From Gemmatimonadota bacterium (GTDB taxonomy: Bacteria; Gemmatimonadota; Gemmatimonadetes; Gemmatimonadales; GWC2-71-9): a DNA stretch of 50,298 bases. Positions 20,239 to 30,555 of the stretch are shown here, piece by piece. Numbering within the stretch: position 1 is the stretch's first letter; the number at the start of each line of letters is the position of its first letter. Where the stretch lies: positions 1 to 50,298 of the forward strand of contig JBDHAB010000042.1 in NCBI GenBank assembly GCA_039588295.1, read 5' to 3'. The notes under the pieces were generated by a model, which did not search any database, was not told the origin of the DNA, and worked only from the letters and a program-made list of their open reading frames with translations. A program made the position numbers and the translations under genes.

Positions 20239-20265
20239 CCGAGCCCGGCCAGCAGCCGGGCTCGG
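20239..20265 (-). terminator. Rho-independent terminator after pilQ
   Basis: 11-bp perfect stem CCGAGCCCGGC/GCCGGGCTCGG with 5-nt loop, followed on the minus strand by TCGTTTT. Confidence 0.7.
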
Positions 20266-20308
20266 GAGGTTCATCATGGCGCCCCGATTGCGGGCGCGGC
20301 GTTGACCC

Positions 20309-22063
20309 TCAGCTACCCCCCCCTCCCGGGATGTCCAGGATGTGCGGAGTCACGAGGATCAACAGGTCCTTGCGCGTCTCACTCCGGCGGGTCACCCCGA
20401 ACAGGTTCCCGAGGATCGGGATATCGACCAGGTAGGGGATTCCGCTCTTGGTCACGGTGAGTTGCGTCTGTGTCAGCCCACCGATCACCGCCGTCTGGCC
20501 GTTGTCGACCAGCACCTGAGTCTGCGCGCGGCGCGTGCCGAACGCGAAGCCGAGGTCGGTCTCGACCGTCCGGAAGGACGAATTCTCGGCCAGAATGTCC
20601 AGCAAGACCTGCTGGTTGGCCGTCACGTGCGGTGTGACCTGGAGCTTGATGCCGGTTTCGATCAGCTGAATGCTCGCCGCGGACGTGGCCTGCGCGCCCA
20701 CGTCGAGCACCCTGATCGGCGTCTGGTCACCGACGAGGATCGACGCCTGGTGATTATCGGCCGTCGCGATCACCGGCTCCGCCTGCTCGTCGGCCAACTG
20801 CTTGGACTGTAGTGCCTGGATCCACGCCGTCAGGCCGAACCGGCCCACGGCCAACGAGAACAGAATGTCGAGCGCGGTCGCGGGCAGCGGGGCCGAGGCG
20901 TTGGCGACGCCTGCCACCACGTCACCGCCCACGTTCACCACGGCCGGCACCTGCGCCGGATCGTACGGCTGGAACGCGTCCGGAATCCCGTCGGCGTTGG
21001 TATCGAACCCCTTGGACGGGTCGGGCCGGGCGATCACCGTGTTGAAGAACGTGCCGCGGCCGTCGTCACCGAAGTCGTACTGGATTCCGAGATCCAGGAT
21101 GTCGGTGCGGTCGACCAGAATGATCTTCGCCTGAATCGAGATCTGCGGCGTCTGGATGTCGAGGCCGTCGATCAGTTGCCTCATGGCGTCGAGCCGCCGC
21201 GCGACATCCGTCATCACCAAGCTGTTGGTGGCCGTGTCGGCCACCACCGTGCCACGCTCGGATTTGGCACCGGCGAGTACCGGGATGAGCGCGGTCGCCT
21301 TCGCGTAGTTCACGCGAACGATCTGCGTGTTGAGCGGCTCGATCGAGTCCCGTGCGGCGATATTGGCACGCGTATCGACCCGGATGATGCCGTAGTCGTC
21401 CTCTTGTGCGTCCAGTCCCTGCGCATCGAGGATCGCCGCAAAGGCGACGTCCCACGGCTGGTTGCGCACGCGGGCGGTCACGAAGCCGTCGACGTCCTTG
21501 CCCAACACGATGGTCCTGCCGCTCAGCTCGGCGAAGCCTTCCATCACCTCGGCGATAGACGCGGAGTCGTACGACGCCGTCACGACCGGTTGCTGAACCT
21601 GGAGCACCGGTGGTGTCTCGACAGCCGGCCTGTAGGCTTTCTCGAACTCCGCCGGAGTGACGGACGACCACGCGGAGAAGGTTCGATCCGCGCCAATCGA
21701 GATCCGAATCGCGTCGTCCGCGTATTCCAGCTCGTAGTCCTTCAGCGACTCGAGCTCGAGCACGATTCGCACGACGTCGGCCCGGAACTGTGAGGAGCGA
21801 ATGTTGAGGATGCCCCCGCGATTACGACCGTCGTACACGACGCCGGACGTGTTGAGCGTGGCGCCGACGACGTCGATCACGAGTCTGGCGGGGTGCTCGA
21901 GCGTGAAGTCCTGCACACTCACGCTGCCGCGCACGTCGATGACCACAAGCGCTCGACCCGCGCCTGGTAGGACGCTCACCGCGGTGACTTCGCCTGGCCC
22001 CGCAAGGGCTCGGGGCGCGATCAGGGCGAGCCCGACGAGTGCGAGCATGATTGACCGCTTCAT
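20309..22063 (-). CDS. pilQ: Type IV pilus secretin PilQ with AMIN domain
   Basis: Signal peptide, AMIN (PARLVIDV), NQPWDVAF, VNYAKA, QISIQAKI, TGIKLQVTPHV, GQTAVIGGL, LLILVTPHI. Confidence 0.93.
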   Translation of the reverse strand: MKRSIMLALVGLALIAPRALAGPGEVTAVSVLPGAGRALVVIDVRGSVSVQDFTLEHPARLVIDVVGATLNTSGVVYDGRNRGGILNIRSSQFRADVVRIVLELESLKDYELEYADDAIRISIGADRTFSAWSSVTPAEFEKAYRPAVETPPVLQVQQPVVTASYDSASIAEVMEGFAELSGRTIVLGKDVDGFVTARVRNQPWDVAFAAILDAQGLDAQEDDYGIIRVDTRANIAARDSIEPLNTQIVRVNYAKATALIPVLAGAKSERGTVVADTATNSLVMTDVARRLDAMRQLIDGLDIQTPQISIQAKIILVDRTDILDLGIQYDFGDDGRGTFFNTVIARPDPSKGFDTNADGIPDAFQPYDPAQVPAVVNVGGDVVAGVANASAPLPATALDILFSLAVGRFGLTAWIQALQSKQLADEQAEPVIATADNHQASILVGDQTPIRVLDVGAQATSAASIQLIETGIKLQVTPHVTANQQVLLDILAENSSFRTVETDLGFAFGTRRAQTQVLVDNGQTAVIGGLTQTQLTVTKSGIPYLVDIPILGNLFGVTRRSETRKDLLILVTPHILDIPGGGGS

Positions 22064-22545
22064 GGGGTTTCCTCCTGCCTGCCGCGAAGCCGGAGCGACA
22101 TCTGTCGTTCCACGCCGAATTCTTCGATTGTCACCATAACCTCGTCGGGTTGAATATTGGTGACGCGCATCCGTCCCAACTCGTCACCAATCCGAACCGT
22201 ATACCGTTTGTTCACGGTGGTGTCGCGCAGCACCGCAATGCTTGCGCCGGGATACCGGCCGTCGAAGTTGATCGCCGTGACCCGCAGGTCCCCGATCAGC
22301 GGCCGCACGTCGCCCGTGCGGAGCAGCGAGACGAACGGATCGCGTCCCGAGCTCCGGTACGAGAACACCTCTCGGAGGAGCTGCGTCTCATTTTGCAGCT
22401 CGGGCGCCGGCATCTGGGCCGCGCCACCCGGAGGAGGCGGCTCGCTCGCTGGAGTCCCCGCGGCGGGCTGCTCCTCTGAGCTGCAAGCGACGGTGCCAAG
22501 ACCGGCGCACACCACCAACCACGCCAGCGCGCTACGGACTCTCAC
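22060..22545 (-). CDS. pilP: Type IV pilus lipoprotein PilP
   Basis: Lipobox VAC, YRSSGRDPF motif, position between pilO and pilQ. Confidence 0.8.
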   Translation of the reverse strand: MRVRSALAWLVVCAGLGTVACSSEEQPAAGTPASEPPPPGGAAQMPAPELQNETQLLREVFSYRSSGRDPFVSLLRTGDVRPLIGDLRVTAINFDGRYPGASIAVLRDTTVNKRYTVRIGDELGRMRVTNIQPDEVMVTIEEFGVERQMSLRLRGRQEETP

Positions 22546-23137
22546 TGGTCCCTCCCGCCGATTGCGACTTCACGAAAGTGCGAACCTGAAACCGTGCTTC
22601 GAGCAACGCGCCGGAGGTGTCGGCATACAGTGCTTCCGCCACATCCTGCGCGGTACTGACGGTTACATCATAGGGCACCATGATCCGGGCCAGCGACGCC
22701 ACGTCGCTCATGAATTCCCCGATCTCGTCGTAGTGCCCGAACACCTGCAGCGCATAGCGATAGGTGTCGAAGATCGGTCCCGGCTCGACGGACGAACGGG
22801 CAAACTCCGCGATGTTCACGTTGCGGAGCGCCGCCCGTGCGGCGATGTCATCGATGAGCTGGGGTACCTCGTTTTGCGCCGGGACCAGGCGCCGCATGAG
22901 CCCGAGACTCCGCTCATACACCGCGATCCTCACACGCAACTCCTCCACCGTCCCCTGGGCCAAGTCCTGCTTGGCCGCCTCGACCCGCGCCTGCAGCGAA
23001 TCCACTTCGGTCTGGAGCTCGGCAATCCGTTCCGCCTTCGGCGCGCGCCACAAGAACCAGAACGCACCCGCCGCGGCAAGCGCGACGATGATGACGAGGG
23101 CGAGGACTTGTTTTCGGTCTCGGTCGGTAAGCGCCAC
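22532..23137 (-). CDS. pilO: Type IV pilus assembly protein PilO
   Basis: N-terminal TM, coiled coil, LVPAQNEVPQLI, GHYDEIGEFMSDVASLARI. Confidence 0.9.
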   Translation of the reverse strand: MALTDRDRKQVLALVIIVALAAAGAFWFLWRAPKAERIAELQTEVDSLQARVEAAKQDLAQGTVEELRVRIAVYERSLGLMRRLVPAQNEVPQLIDDIAARAALRNVNIAEFARSSVEPGPIFDTYRYALQVFGHYDEIGEFMSDVASLARIMVPYDVTVSTAQDVAEALYADTSGALLEARFQVRTFVKSQSAGGTSESP

Positions 23138-23149
23138 GGTTCCTCCTCC

Positions 23150-23836
23150 TTAGCGTACCGATTCCGTCACGGGGACGGTTCGGATGAAGGCCGAATCCGC
23201 GGTCCGGAAGGTGGCCGTGATACTGAACGCCCGCATGGCTTTGTCTTCCTCGACGACCGTCGTAGCGGGTCCCTCCACGACGTTGGTCGTCCACGGTGAG
23301 GCGGCCAGGCGGCGGAGGAATCGGGTGTACGCCGCGATCTCCGACGTCCGCCCCTCGAGCTGGAACTGCATGGGTGGCACCAGGAGCGTGTCACCCTCCT
23401 CCGAGAGTACCGGACTGGGCTGCAACGCCGCCAACGACACCAACCACGAGTAGTCCGGCAGCGCCTTGGTGACCTCTTCGAACACGTGAGGCCACACGTA
23501 ACGGTCCGCGTCGATCTCCCGGATGGCGTCCAGCTCCGCGAGCAGCGAGTCGCGCAGCCGCTGCGCCTGTCGCTTCTGGGCGATCAGGTTCGAGTAGCGG
23601 CGTGACTCGGCACGCATGTCCTCAGCCTCGTTCTCGAGCAGCGAGACACGCGCCTGCGTGACCGTGAAGAACCCGGCAATGAAGACGACGGCAGCGACGA
23701 CGGCGACGACAGCGCCGATGAACAGCGGGTCTCGAACCCCCGCAAACATGTCTTTGAAGTTGGGAAGGGAAAGGCCTGCACCGGCTCTGCCCTTCTTTCG
23801 CTTCGTGCCACCGAGCAGATTGATCTCGATTCGCAT
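23150..23836 (-). CDS. pilN: Type IV pilus assembly protein PilN
   Basis: N-terminal EINLL PilM-binding motif, TM, ALPDYSWL. Confidence 0.9.
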   Translation of the reverse strand: MRIEINLLGGTKRKKGRAGAGLSLPNFKDMFAGVRDPLFIGAVVAVVAAVVFIAGFFTVTQARVSLLENEAEDMRAESRRYSNLIAQKRQAQRLRDSLLAELDAIREIDADRYVWPHVFEEVTKALPDYSWLVSLAALQPSPVLSEEGDTLLVPPMQFQLEGRTSEIAAYTRFLRRLAASPWTTNVVEGPATTVVEEDKAMRAFSITATFRTADSAFIRTVPVTESVR

Positions 23837-23854
23837 GAGTCGGCCCTCTCGATC

Positions 23855-24904
23855 CTACGCTGCGTGCCGCAGCGCGAGACCGGTCGCGAGCATCAAGAGC
23901 GGTCCCACCTCGTCGGCGTTGACGGTATCGAACACTCCCTCCTTCACCGACAGACGCTGCAGCGGGCTCGCGATCTGGACCGGCATACGGAGCCGCTGCC
24001 CGAGCGCCTCCGTCAGGCCGGGGATGCGCGCGCCCCCACCGCAGCAGTAGACCCGCTGTACGGTCCCGCCATCGCTGGTTGCGGTCTGCAGGAAGGCGCT
24101 GGCCCGTTCCAACCCGACCGAGATCTCCTCCCCGCGGTTCTGCAGGTAGGGCTCGAGATCGGGTGTGAGTTCGTAACCCTGCAACAGCCCGTCGGCGTCA
24201 TCCGAGGACATTCCCCGCTCCCGCTGCAGATCCTCACGGAACTTCCGCGTCCCCACGGCCAGATCCCGCGTGAGCAGCGGCACGCCGTTGAGCAGGATGT
24301 TCACGTTGGTGACCTCGTGTCCGACGTTGAGGAGCGCCACGCCCCCGGCCATCGCATCGGGGTAGTTGAGCTCGAACGCGTTGTGCAGCGCGAACGCATC
24401 GACGTCGACAACCGACGGGTCGAGACCCGCCTGGGACAGGAGCTGAACCTTGTCCTCCACCAGGTCCCGCTTGGCGGCGACCAAGAGCACGTCCATCTGG
24501 AGCCCGCTGCCTTCCGGATCCAGAATCTGGAAGTCCAACTCGACCCCTTCGATGTCGAACGGGACGTGCTGCTGCGCTTCCCAGCGCACCACCTCGTACG
24601 CCTCGCTCTGCTTCATGCGGTCGACACGGATCTTCTTGATGATAACGTCGCGCCCGCCGACGGCTACCACCACGTGCTTCTGCTTGACACCGGCTGACTT
24701 GAAGAGACCCTGGATCGTGTCGGCGACGATGTCGGGATCCATGATCTCCCCTTCAACGATGGCGTTGCCCAAAACCGGGGCAACGGCCACACGGGCGAGC
24801 TCGGGCTCGTCCTTAGAGTGATCAATGGCGACGAGCTTCATGAGCCCGCTGCCCACATCGAGGGCGACGGTCGTCTTGCCGCGCCCAAATCCGAAAAGAG
24901 CCAT
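23855..24904 (-). CDS. pilM: Type IV pilus assembly protein PilM (actin-like)
   Basis: ALDVGSGLMK, EAQQHVPF, VLLVAAK, DVDAFAL, GGGARIPGL, ATGLALR. Confidence 0.95.
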   Translation of the reverse strand: MALFGFGRGKTTVALDVGSGLMKLVAIDHSKDEPELARVAVAPVLGNAIVEGEIMDPDIVADTIQGLFKSAGVKQKHVVVAVGGRDVIIKKIRVDRMKQSEAYEVVRWEAQQHVPFDIEGVELDFQILDPEGSGLQMDVLLVAAKRDLVEDKVQLLSQAGLDPSVVDVDAFALHNAFELNYPDAMAGGVALLNVGHEVTNVNILLNGVPLLTRDLAVGTRKFREDLQRERGMSSDDADGLLQGYELTPDLEPYLQNRGEEISVGLERASAFLQTATSDGGTVQRVYCCGGGARIPGLTEALGQRLRMPVQIASPLQRLSVKEGVFDTVNADEVGPLLMLATGLALRHAA

Positions 24905-24948
24905 ATCTCCCGACCGTTTAACGAGATAAGTGGGGTGAGCGGCAGACT

Positions 24949-24977
24949 ACAGTACCGCCCACCCCGGATTTTGTCAA
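24949..24977 (-). promoter_or_regulatory. Sigma70 promoter of pilMNOPQ
   Basis: TTGACA (24977-24972), 17-nt spacer, TACTGT (24954-24949), 44 nt upstream of the pilM ATG. Confidence 0.65.
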
Positions 24978-25062
24978 GCTCTAACCTACTTTAAACGAAA
25001 CGCAACAAGTCCATCTGGGACCGTGAGTTACGTCACTTTTGGCCCAGGTTCCTCCGGCCCCG

Positions 25063-26184
25063 TTAGTTCAGGTTCACCCAGCTGCGCTCTTGGAGCAGGA
25101 ACGCTGGCGCCGAGTTCGAGAGTGCTTTGGTAATGGCACAGCTCGAGAAGTTCACCACCGCGTCACCCAGCACCACGCTCTGATCGAAGTTAACGTTGGC
25201 CGCGATCACGCCGCCGTTGAAGTGACCGCCGGTACCCTGGGTATTGAGCGCTCCCTTGACGATCACCGGCCCGTAGAACTGGAACCCACCCTGCACGCTC
25301 AGGTTGCCTTCGACGAGCAAGACGCCCTGACCCTGCACACCATTGATGTTGAGGTCCCCGGCCACCCAGATAATCGGGAAGTAGTTTCCGCAGGCGCTGG
25401 TCGGGTTCAGCGGCTCGCCCCAGTTGTTCACATCGGCCTTGTCACACGCGGTCCCCGAGAGGGTCGGCTGGATCTTCCGCGTCCCTCCCCCTGGCACGAA
25501 CTTGTTGGCGAACGTCTTGAGCTCGTCGAACGTCACGTCCCCGAAGTTCGTCAGCGTGGAGGACGTGATTGTCGGATCCTCCGCGACCGGGGGGACCCCA
25601 TCGACACAGCTCATGTCGGTGCACCCGGAGGTCTCGATTTGGGTCGCATCGGGCAGCAGGATTCCCGGGAGGCCAGTTTGCGGGCTCGGGCATGTCCAGC
25701 CCGAGGGGCTGTTATCGTGACCGTCGATCTGGGACGAGCCACCGATTTTGAGCTTGCCCTGCGTCATGAGTGCCGCCTTGACGTCGAATTCGATCGGGCG
25801 GAGTCGCAGCAGAAGGCCTACTTGCTGCCGCGACGCACTGTCCCGACTGAACCCTTCCGAACGGACGAGGAACAGCCGGTTGTTCATCCGCCGGACGGAG
25901 CCCCGATACCAGCCTCCGTTGCTACCGACCGTTCCAGCAAACATCAGGCTGTCTCCGGTGGCTATCAGGTTGGCGTTGTTCGCATCCCAGTTCGCAACCT
26001 GACGCTGCGCACCCTCCTCGGCGGCCGAGAAAGCCTGCTGGTAGGTGATCGTGTTGCGGCCCACCCGCTGCTCCTGCATGCCGACGAAGAACGCCCCCGT
26101 CACGAGCGCACCGACCACGACCAGCGCAAAGATGGCCACGGCCAGGGCAATGCCACGTTCGTTCCTCAGGGATGTCATCATCAT
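25063..26184 (-). CDS. pilX: Minor pilin PilX-like protein
   Basis: NERGIALAVAIF (prepilin cleavage site lacking Glu5), AFSAAEEG, C-terminal beta-helix-like G-rich repeats. Confidence 0.8.
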   Translation of the reverse strand: MMMTSLRNERGIALAVAIFALVVVGALVTGAFFVGMQEQRVGRNTITYQQAFSAAEEGAQRQVANWDANNANLIATGDSLMFAGTVGSNGGWYRGSVRRMNNRLFLVRSEGFSRDSASRQQVGLLLRLRPIEFDVKAALMTQGKLKIGGSSQIDGHDNSPSGWTCPSPQTGLPGILLPDATQIETSGCTDMSCVDGVPPVAEDPTITSSTLTNFGDVTFDELKTFANKFVPGGGTRKIQPTLSGTACDKADVNNWGEPLNPTSACGNYFPIIWVAGDLNINGVQGQGVLLVEGNLSVQGGFQFYGPVIVKGALNTQGTGGHFNGGVIAANVNFDQSVVLGDAVVNFSSCAITKALSNSAPAFLLQERSWVNLN

Positions 26185-26204
26185 TCCTCCGTAGTTCGTG
26201 TGGG

Positions 26205-27068
26205 TCAGCGGGTGTTGTTCCGCAACGCCACTTGCGTGCTCAGCGTGTCAATCACGTGCTGCAGACCACCGGCCGTCCGCACCGGCTCTCGGGTCATGCC
26301 CGAGACCGAGATCCCGATCCGTGCGACCTCGCTCGGGGTCGTCGTCGCGGCGCCGAGCGTGTCGAAGTAGCTCAAGGTGAGGCCGCCGGACTCAAGCGGT
26401 CCCAGCACGGGCTGCGTGGTCGTCCACCCACCGCCCTTGGCGAACCGTCGCGCCCCCATCCAGGACTCGCCACCGGCATCCGTGTAGGTGAGTAACTGCA
26501 CCACCTCGAACGCCCGAACCGGTGCACCGTCGGTCACCGCGCCCAAACCACCAACCGGGTGGACGCTGGCGAGGTTCAGCGTGACGCTGGCGGCGCCGCC
26601 CGGGCAGGCCGTTCCCGTCGCGATGCTGGCCAGGTTCGCATGCAACCAGTAGTTGTCCGTGCGAGTGGCTGGATCGCCTTCCGCAAAAAGGACCACCGAG
26701 TCCCGGGCGGGGTCGAGGCCCCGCATGCCGAAACTGGGGTTTCGCCACACCGTCAGCGTGCCGGTCGCGCCGTTGTCCACCGGCACCGCGCACAGGAAGT
26801 GGAGCGTGCGCATTGCCTTAAACGTGACGGACGTCGGCGACAGCACCGTGATGTCACTTTCGACGGTGTCGCGCGCATTCGCCTCGCGCAGCTCGGTCGG
26901 GACGATCGCAACCGCGCCCCGCAGGGTGGTGTTGAGATCCGCACGCTCCGTCTGCTGCCGGTACATCCGCTGGTTGTTGATCAAGAGTTGGTAGATCGAG
27001 AGACTCACGATCCCCACCAGGATGACGCCCACCAGCAGCTCAATCAGCGTAAAGCCTCGTCTGTTCAT
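26205..27068 (-). CDS. pilW: Minor pilin PilW-like protein
   Basis: MNRRGFTLIELLV, TELREA, C-terminal VALRN; ATG at 27068. Confidence 0.82.
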   Translation of the reverse strand: MNRRGFTLIELLVGVILVGIVSLSIYQLLINNQRMYRQQTERADLNTTLRGAVAIVPTELREANARDTVESDITVLSPTSVTFKAMRTLHFLCAVPVDNGATGTLTVWRNPSFGMRGLDPARDSVVLFAEGDPATRTDNYWLHANLASIATGTACPGGAASVTLNLASVHPVGGLGAVTDGAPVRAFEVVQLLTYTDAGGESWMGARRFAKGGGWTTTQPVLGPLESGGLTLSYFDTLGAATTTPSEVARIGISVSGMTREPVRTAGGLQHVIDTLSTQVALRNNTR

Positions 27069-27075
27069 GACTTCC

Positions 27076-27423
27076 TCAGCAGGCAATGGTGGTCGCGAAC
27101 GTATCCGCTCGCGTGCCGCGGTTCGTGGGCGATACCACAACGACCGTGACGACCCGTGAATTGGGTTGGGAAACGGCATCCACGGTCCACGAGATCGTGT
27201 ACGCGCCCTGCGTCGCGCCGCCGTTCGCCAACGTCGTGCACGACCGACTGCGCATGCGCTCGATCCGCTGGGCCGCCAGCGTGCTCGCCTCGCTGTAGCG
27301 CTGTCCCTGCCCGATCATTCTGGTCACGAGCGCGGCGGTGGTTACCAGTCCGAGAATCCCGACCGTCAGGATCATCATCGCGACCAGGACTTCGAGGATG
27401 GTGAAGCCAGCTCGGTTTTTCAC
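27076..27423 (-). CDS. pilV: Minor pilin PilV-like protein
   Basis: GTG at 27423, KNRAGFTILEVLVAMMILTVGILGL, ASTLAAQRIERMR. Confidence 0.82.
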   Translation of the reverse strand: MKNRAGFTILEVLVAMMILTVGILGLVTTAALVTRMIGQGQRYSEASTLAAQRIERMRSRSCTTLANGGATQGAYTISWTVDAVSQPNSRVVTVVVVSPTNRGTRADTFATTIAC

Positions 27424-27857
27424 CTCAGTACCCTCCCCCAGGGATTGATCACGACGGAATCCTGAAACACGTTCTTGGCGACCGTGACCTTCGTGTTGCC
27501 AGTCTCCATTCCCAGCCCACGCGAGTCGAACACCAGCGTGTCCCGGGTCCGGTTCACGGTCACGCCGTAGCGCCCGTGCAGGTCCGTCGGCTGCCCAATC
27601 GTATCCGGCGCGCCGGTGACGGGATGGCGTGACACGATCAGGACGTTGTTGGCTTGGAAGACCAGCGCAGTCGCACTTCCGCGTTGGATCGCCACCGCCC
27701 TGGCCTTCGCATGCATGGTGACCACAGCGTCCCGTGCCGAGCGAACGTTCTGCCGCACGATCGCTCGCCGGATCCGTGGGATCCCAAGCGCCGCCATCAC
27801 GCCGACCAGGCCGATGACGATGAGCACTTCCAGTAGGGTAAATCCACGCCGATTCAT
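27420..27857 (-). CDS. fimT: Minor pilin FimT/FimU (GspH-like)
   Basis: MNRRGFTLLEVLIV, KARAVAIQR, VFDSRG, INPWGRV; ATG at 27857. Confidence 0.82.
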   Translation of the reverse strand: MNRRGFTLLEVLIVIGLVGVMAALGIPRIRRAIVRQNVRSARDAVVTMHAKARAVAIQRGSATALVFQANNVLIVSRHPVTGAPDTIGQPTDLHGRYGVTVNRTRDTLVFDSRGLGMETGNTKVTVAKNVFQDSVVINPWGRVLR

Positions 27858-27890
27858 GTCGGTCTCCACAGGTTGCCTGCCCGTTGGACA

Positions 27891-27993
27891 TCCAAGAAGC
27901 ATGCCACACCCTATGTTGTTGTCATAGAAACACTTAGATAATCGAACCACGGCCGTGAACCTGCAACATTGTGCACGACTGCATTATTATGCA
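27891..27993 (-). promoter_or_regulatory. Sigma54-like promoter with tandem palindromic enhancer-like sites for the minor pilin operon
   Basis: TGGCAT-N5-TTGGA at 27906-27891 (-12 GG rather than GC); TGCA-N6-TGCA twice, at 27962-27975 and 27980-27993. Confidence 0.55.
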
Positions 27994-29331
27994 CTAATCG
28001 ATGCCGTGTTCCTTGAGCTTGTAGAACAGCGACCGCACGCTGATGCCGAGCAGCCTGGCGGCCTCGCGCCGGTTGCCGCCGGCCGCCTCGAGCGCCCGCT
28101 CGACGGCGCCTCGTTCGGCCTGCTCCATCGCGGCTCTGAGGGTCACGGCACTCTGGTCGCTGCGAAGCGGGGCGCTCGCGCCCAGGCCTTGGAAGGCATC
28201 CGGGAGGATCACCCCATCCGGCGAGAGCACCGCGGCCCGCTCGAGCGCGTTCCCCAGCTCGCGCACGTTTCCCGGCCAGCGGCCCTTCCGCACCAGTGCC
28301 AGCGCCTCGCGGGTGATCGATGCCTGGCGACCCGACCGCTCCGCCACCCGCTCCAGCAGCGCCGCAACCAGTCCGTCCAGATCCTCCCTGCGCTCCCGGA
28401 GGGGCGGAATGTGGATGTGCACGACATTCAGCCGGTAGAACAGATCTTCGCGGAACCGCCCGTCGCGCACCTCCGCCTCCAGGTCACGCGCGGTGGCCGC
28501 AAGCACCCTCACGTCCACGGTGCGTGACGTGGCTTCACCAACCCGCCGGATCTCTTCCTCCTGCAGCACCCTGAGCAGCTTGACCTGGAGGGGGGACGGC
28601 AACTCTCCCACTTCATCCAGGAGCAATGTCCCCCCGTGCGCCTCCTCGAACAGACCGGTCTTATCCATGGTCGCGCCGGTAAACGCTCCCCGGGCATGAC
28701 CGAACAGCTCGGATTCCAGCAGATTCTCCGGGATCGCGCCGCAGTTGACCGCGACGAACGGTCGCTCGCGTCGCGGGCTCATGCGATGGATCGTGCGGGC
28801 CAGCACTTCCTTGCCCGTCCCACTTTCACCGGTGATCAGCACCGTCGTGCCGTACGCGGCGACACGCGCGGCGAGGTCCATGACGTTGCGCATCGCGGGC
28901 GAGTCAGCGACGACGTCCTGCCCGGTCCACCTGGCCAGCTCGGCCTCGAGCGTGGCCACGCGGCCCCGGAGCCGTTCGCGCTCCTCCGCCTTGCGCAGCG
29001 TCAGCAGGAGCTCGTCGGAGCGGAATGGTTTGGGCAGGTAGTCGTAGGCGCCCTGCTTCATCGCCTCGATCGCCGAGTCTTCACCCCCGTACGCGCTCAT
29101 CATGATCATGAGCGCGCGCCCGTCGGCATCCTGATAGCGACGCAGGAACTCGATGCCGTCCATGCCCGGCATGCGGACGTCGCACAGGATCACGTCGAAC
29201 GCCTCCCGCGCTGCAAGCTCGAGCGCGCGCATCGGGTCGCCCTCCGATACGGCGCCGTGGCCTTCGCCATCGAGCAGGAGGCTGATCGAGCGCCGGAGAC
29301 CGGGATCGTCGTCGACGATGAGGATCCTCAT
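27994..29331 (-). CDS. Sigma54-dependent response regulator (REC-AAA-Fis), PilR2/AtoC-like
   Basis: [46 protein letters not shown]. Confidence 0.93.
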   Translation of the reverse strand: MRILIVDDDPGLRRSISLLLDGEGHGAVSEGDPMRALELAAREAFDVILCDVRMPGMDGIEFLRRYQDADGRALMIMMSAYGGEDSAIEAMKQGAYDYLPKPFRSDELLLTLRKAEERERLRGRVATLEAELARWTGQDVVADSPAMRNVMDLAARVAAYGTTVLITGESGTGKEVLARTIHRMSPRRERPFVAVNCGAIPENLLESELFGHARGAFTGATMDKTGLFEEAHGGTLLLDEVGELPSPLQVKLLRVLQEEEIRRVGEATSRTVDVRVLAATARDLEAEVRDGRFREDLFYRLNVVHIHIPPLRERREDLDGLVAALLERVAERSGRQASITREALALVRKGRWPGNVRELGNALERAAVLSPDGVILPDAFQGLGASAPLRSDQSAVTLRAAMEQAERGAVERALEAAGGNRREAARLLGISVRSLFYKLKEHGID

Positions 29332-30482
29332 CGTGGCGTCTCACGATCGGTGGGGAGGAACACCTTGAACGCCGCACCACCTTCCCGCGAGGCGTCCACC
29401 CACACGAGTCCTCCCATCTCGTGCACGGTGCCCTCCACGATCGCCAGGCCGAGCCCTGTACCGTGTCCCGGCGGCTTGGTCGTGAAGAACGGATCGAACA
29501 CCCGGTGGCGGTCCTCCGGCCGAATGCCCGGGCCCGAATCGGCGACCCACACGAGCACGCCCCGCGTGCCATCGGCAATCTCGGGCCGACTCGGCCGGTT
29601 CCACACCCGCCGCTCGACTGCCATCGCGCCGGATGGATCGGTGTACCGCCGTTCGCTGCGCGTGTCTCCGCGATAGCGGAGCCGATCCGCCCCGACGGCT
29701 ATCGGACCTCCCGGCGCGGCGTCGACCGCGTTGAGGAGCAGGTTCACGACGACTTGCTCCAGTCCGTGTACGCTCGCGTGAACGGTGGGAAGATCGGGCC
29801 GGACGTCGATTGAGACGACCTCCCGCGCAACCGTGCCCTGCTGTGTGAGGAGATCAATCGCGGTCCCGATCACGGCACCGACATCCACCTCACCCGCCTG
29901 ATCCTCACGCGGTCGCGCGTACGCTAGAAGACCCCTCACGATGCGGTCGATCCTGGCGGTCTCACGCTCCATGGAGGTCATGATCTCCGGATCGGCGCCG
30001 CGCTTGCGCAGCACCTCGAGATACGTGCCGATGGCCGACAATGGGTTCCCGACTTCGTGGGCTACTCCAGCCGCGAGTCGCCCGACCGTGGCCAGCTTCT
30101 CGGCCCGTACCAACTCAGCCTGCACCTCGATGAGATGCTCCGTCATGCGGTTGAACCGTTCACCCAGGTGGGTCAGCTCCTCGGTCGCCCGCGCCGCGAG
30201 ATCTCCGCTCGCGAGGTCATCGGCCGTAGCAACTAGCTCGCCGAGCGGGTGGAGCACCAATTTCTCCAGCAGGTAACGGCCGAATAGGAACAGCACCGCG
30301 ACGTCGGCCACGATCATGAGTATCAATCCGACGACGGCAAGACCGGGTTGGAGCACCTGTGCGACCAAGGCCGTGAGCACGGCGAGCGAGATAGCAGCAC
30401 CCGCGATGAGCGCGAAGTTGAGCAGCAGCTCACGCTTGAGGCTGGGCCGGGGTGCGCGCGCGGTCGGGTCGGGGGCGCTCAT
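29328..30482 (-). CDS. HAMP sensor histidine kinase, PilS2-like
   Basis: Two TMs with minimal loop, HAMP, AHEVGNPL, NLLLNA, DSGPGI, FDPFFTTK, GTGLGL; ATG at 30482. Confidence 0.92.
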   Translation of the reverse strand: MSAPDPTARAPRPSLKRELLLNFALIAGAAISLAVLTALVAQVLQPGLAVVGLILMIVADVAVLFLFGRYLLEKLVLHPLGELVATADDLASGDLAARATEELTHLGERFNRMTEHLIEVQAELVRAEKLATVGRLAAGVAHEVGNPLSAIGTYLEVLRKRGADPEIMTSMERETARIDRIVRGLLAYARPREDQAGEVDVGAVIGTAIDLLTQQGTVAREVVSIDVRPDLPTVHASVHGLEQVVVNLLLNAVDAAPGGPIAVGADRLRYRGDTRSERRYTDPSGAMAVERRVWNRPSRPEIADGTRGVLVWVADSGPGIRPEDRHRVFDPFFTTKPPGHGTGLGLAIVEGTVHEMGGLVWVDASREGGAAFKVFLPTDRETPR

Positions 30483-30555
30483 GACCCTCAGAGTATGGCA
30501 AAAAAAAGAGGCGATGGGAAACCCCATCGCCCGGATGTATCACACGGCCTGTCTG

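Noticed and set aside
27975..28000. dif-like GCATAAT sequence, given xerC in the window
   Set aside because: No XerD arm (TTATGTTAAAT); better explained as an enhancer palindrome.
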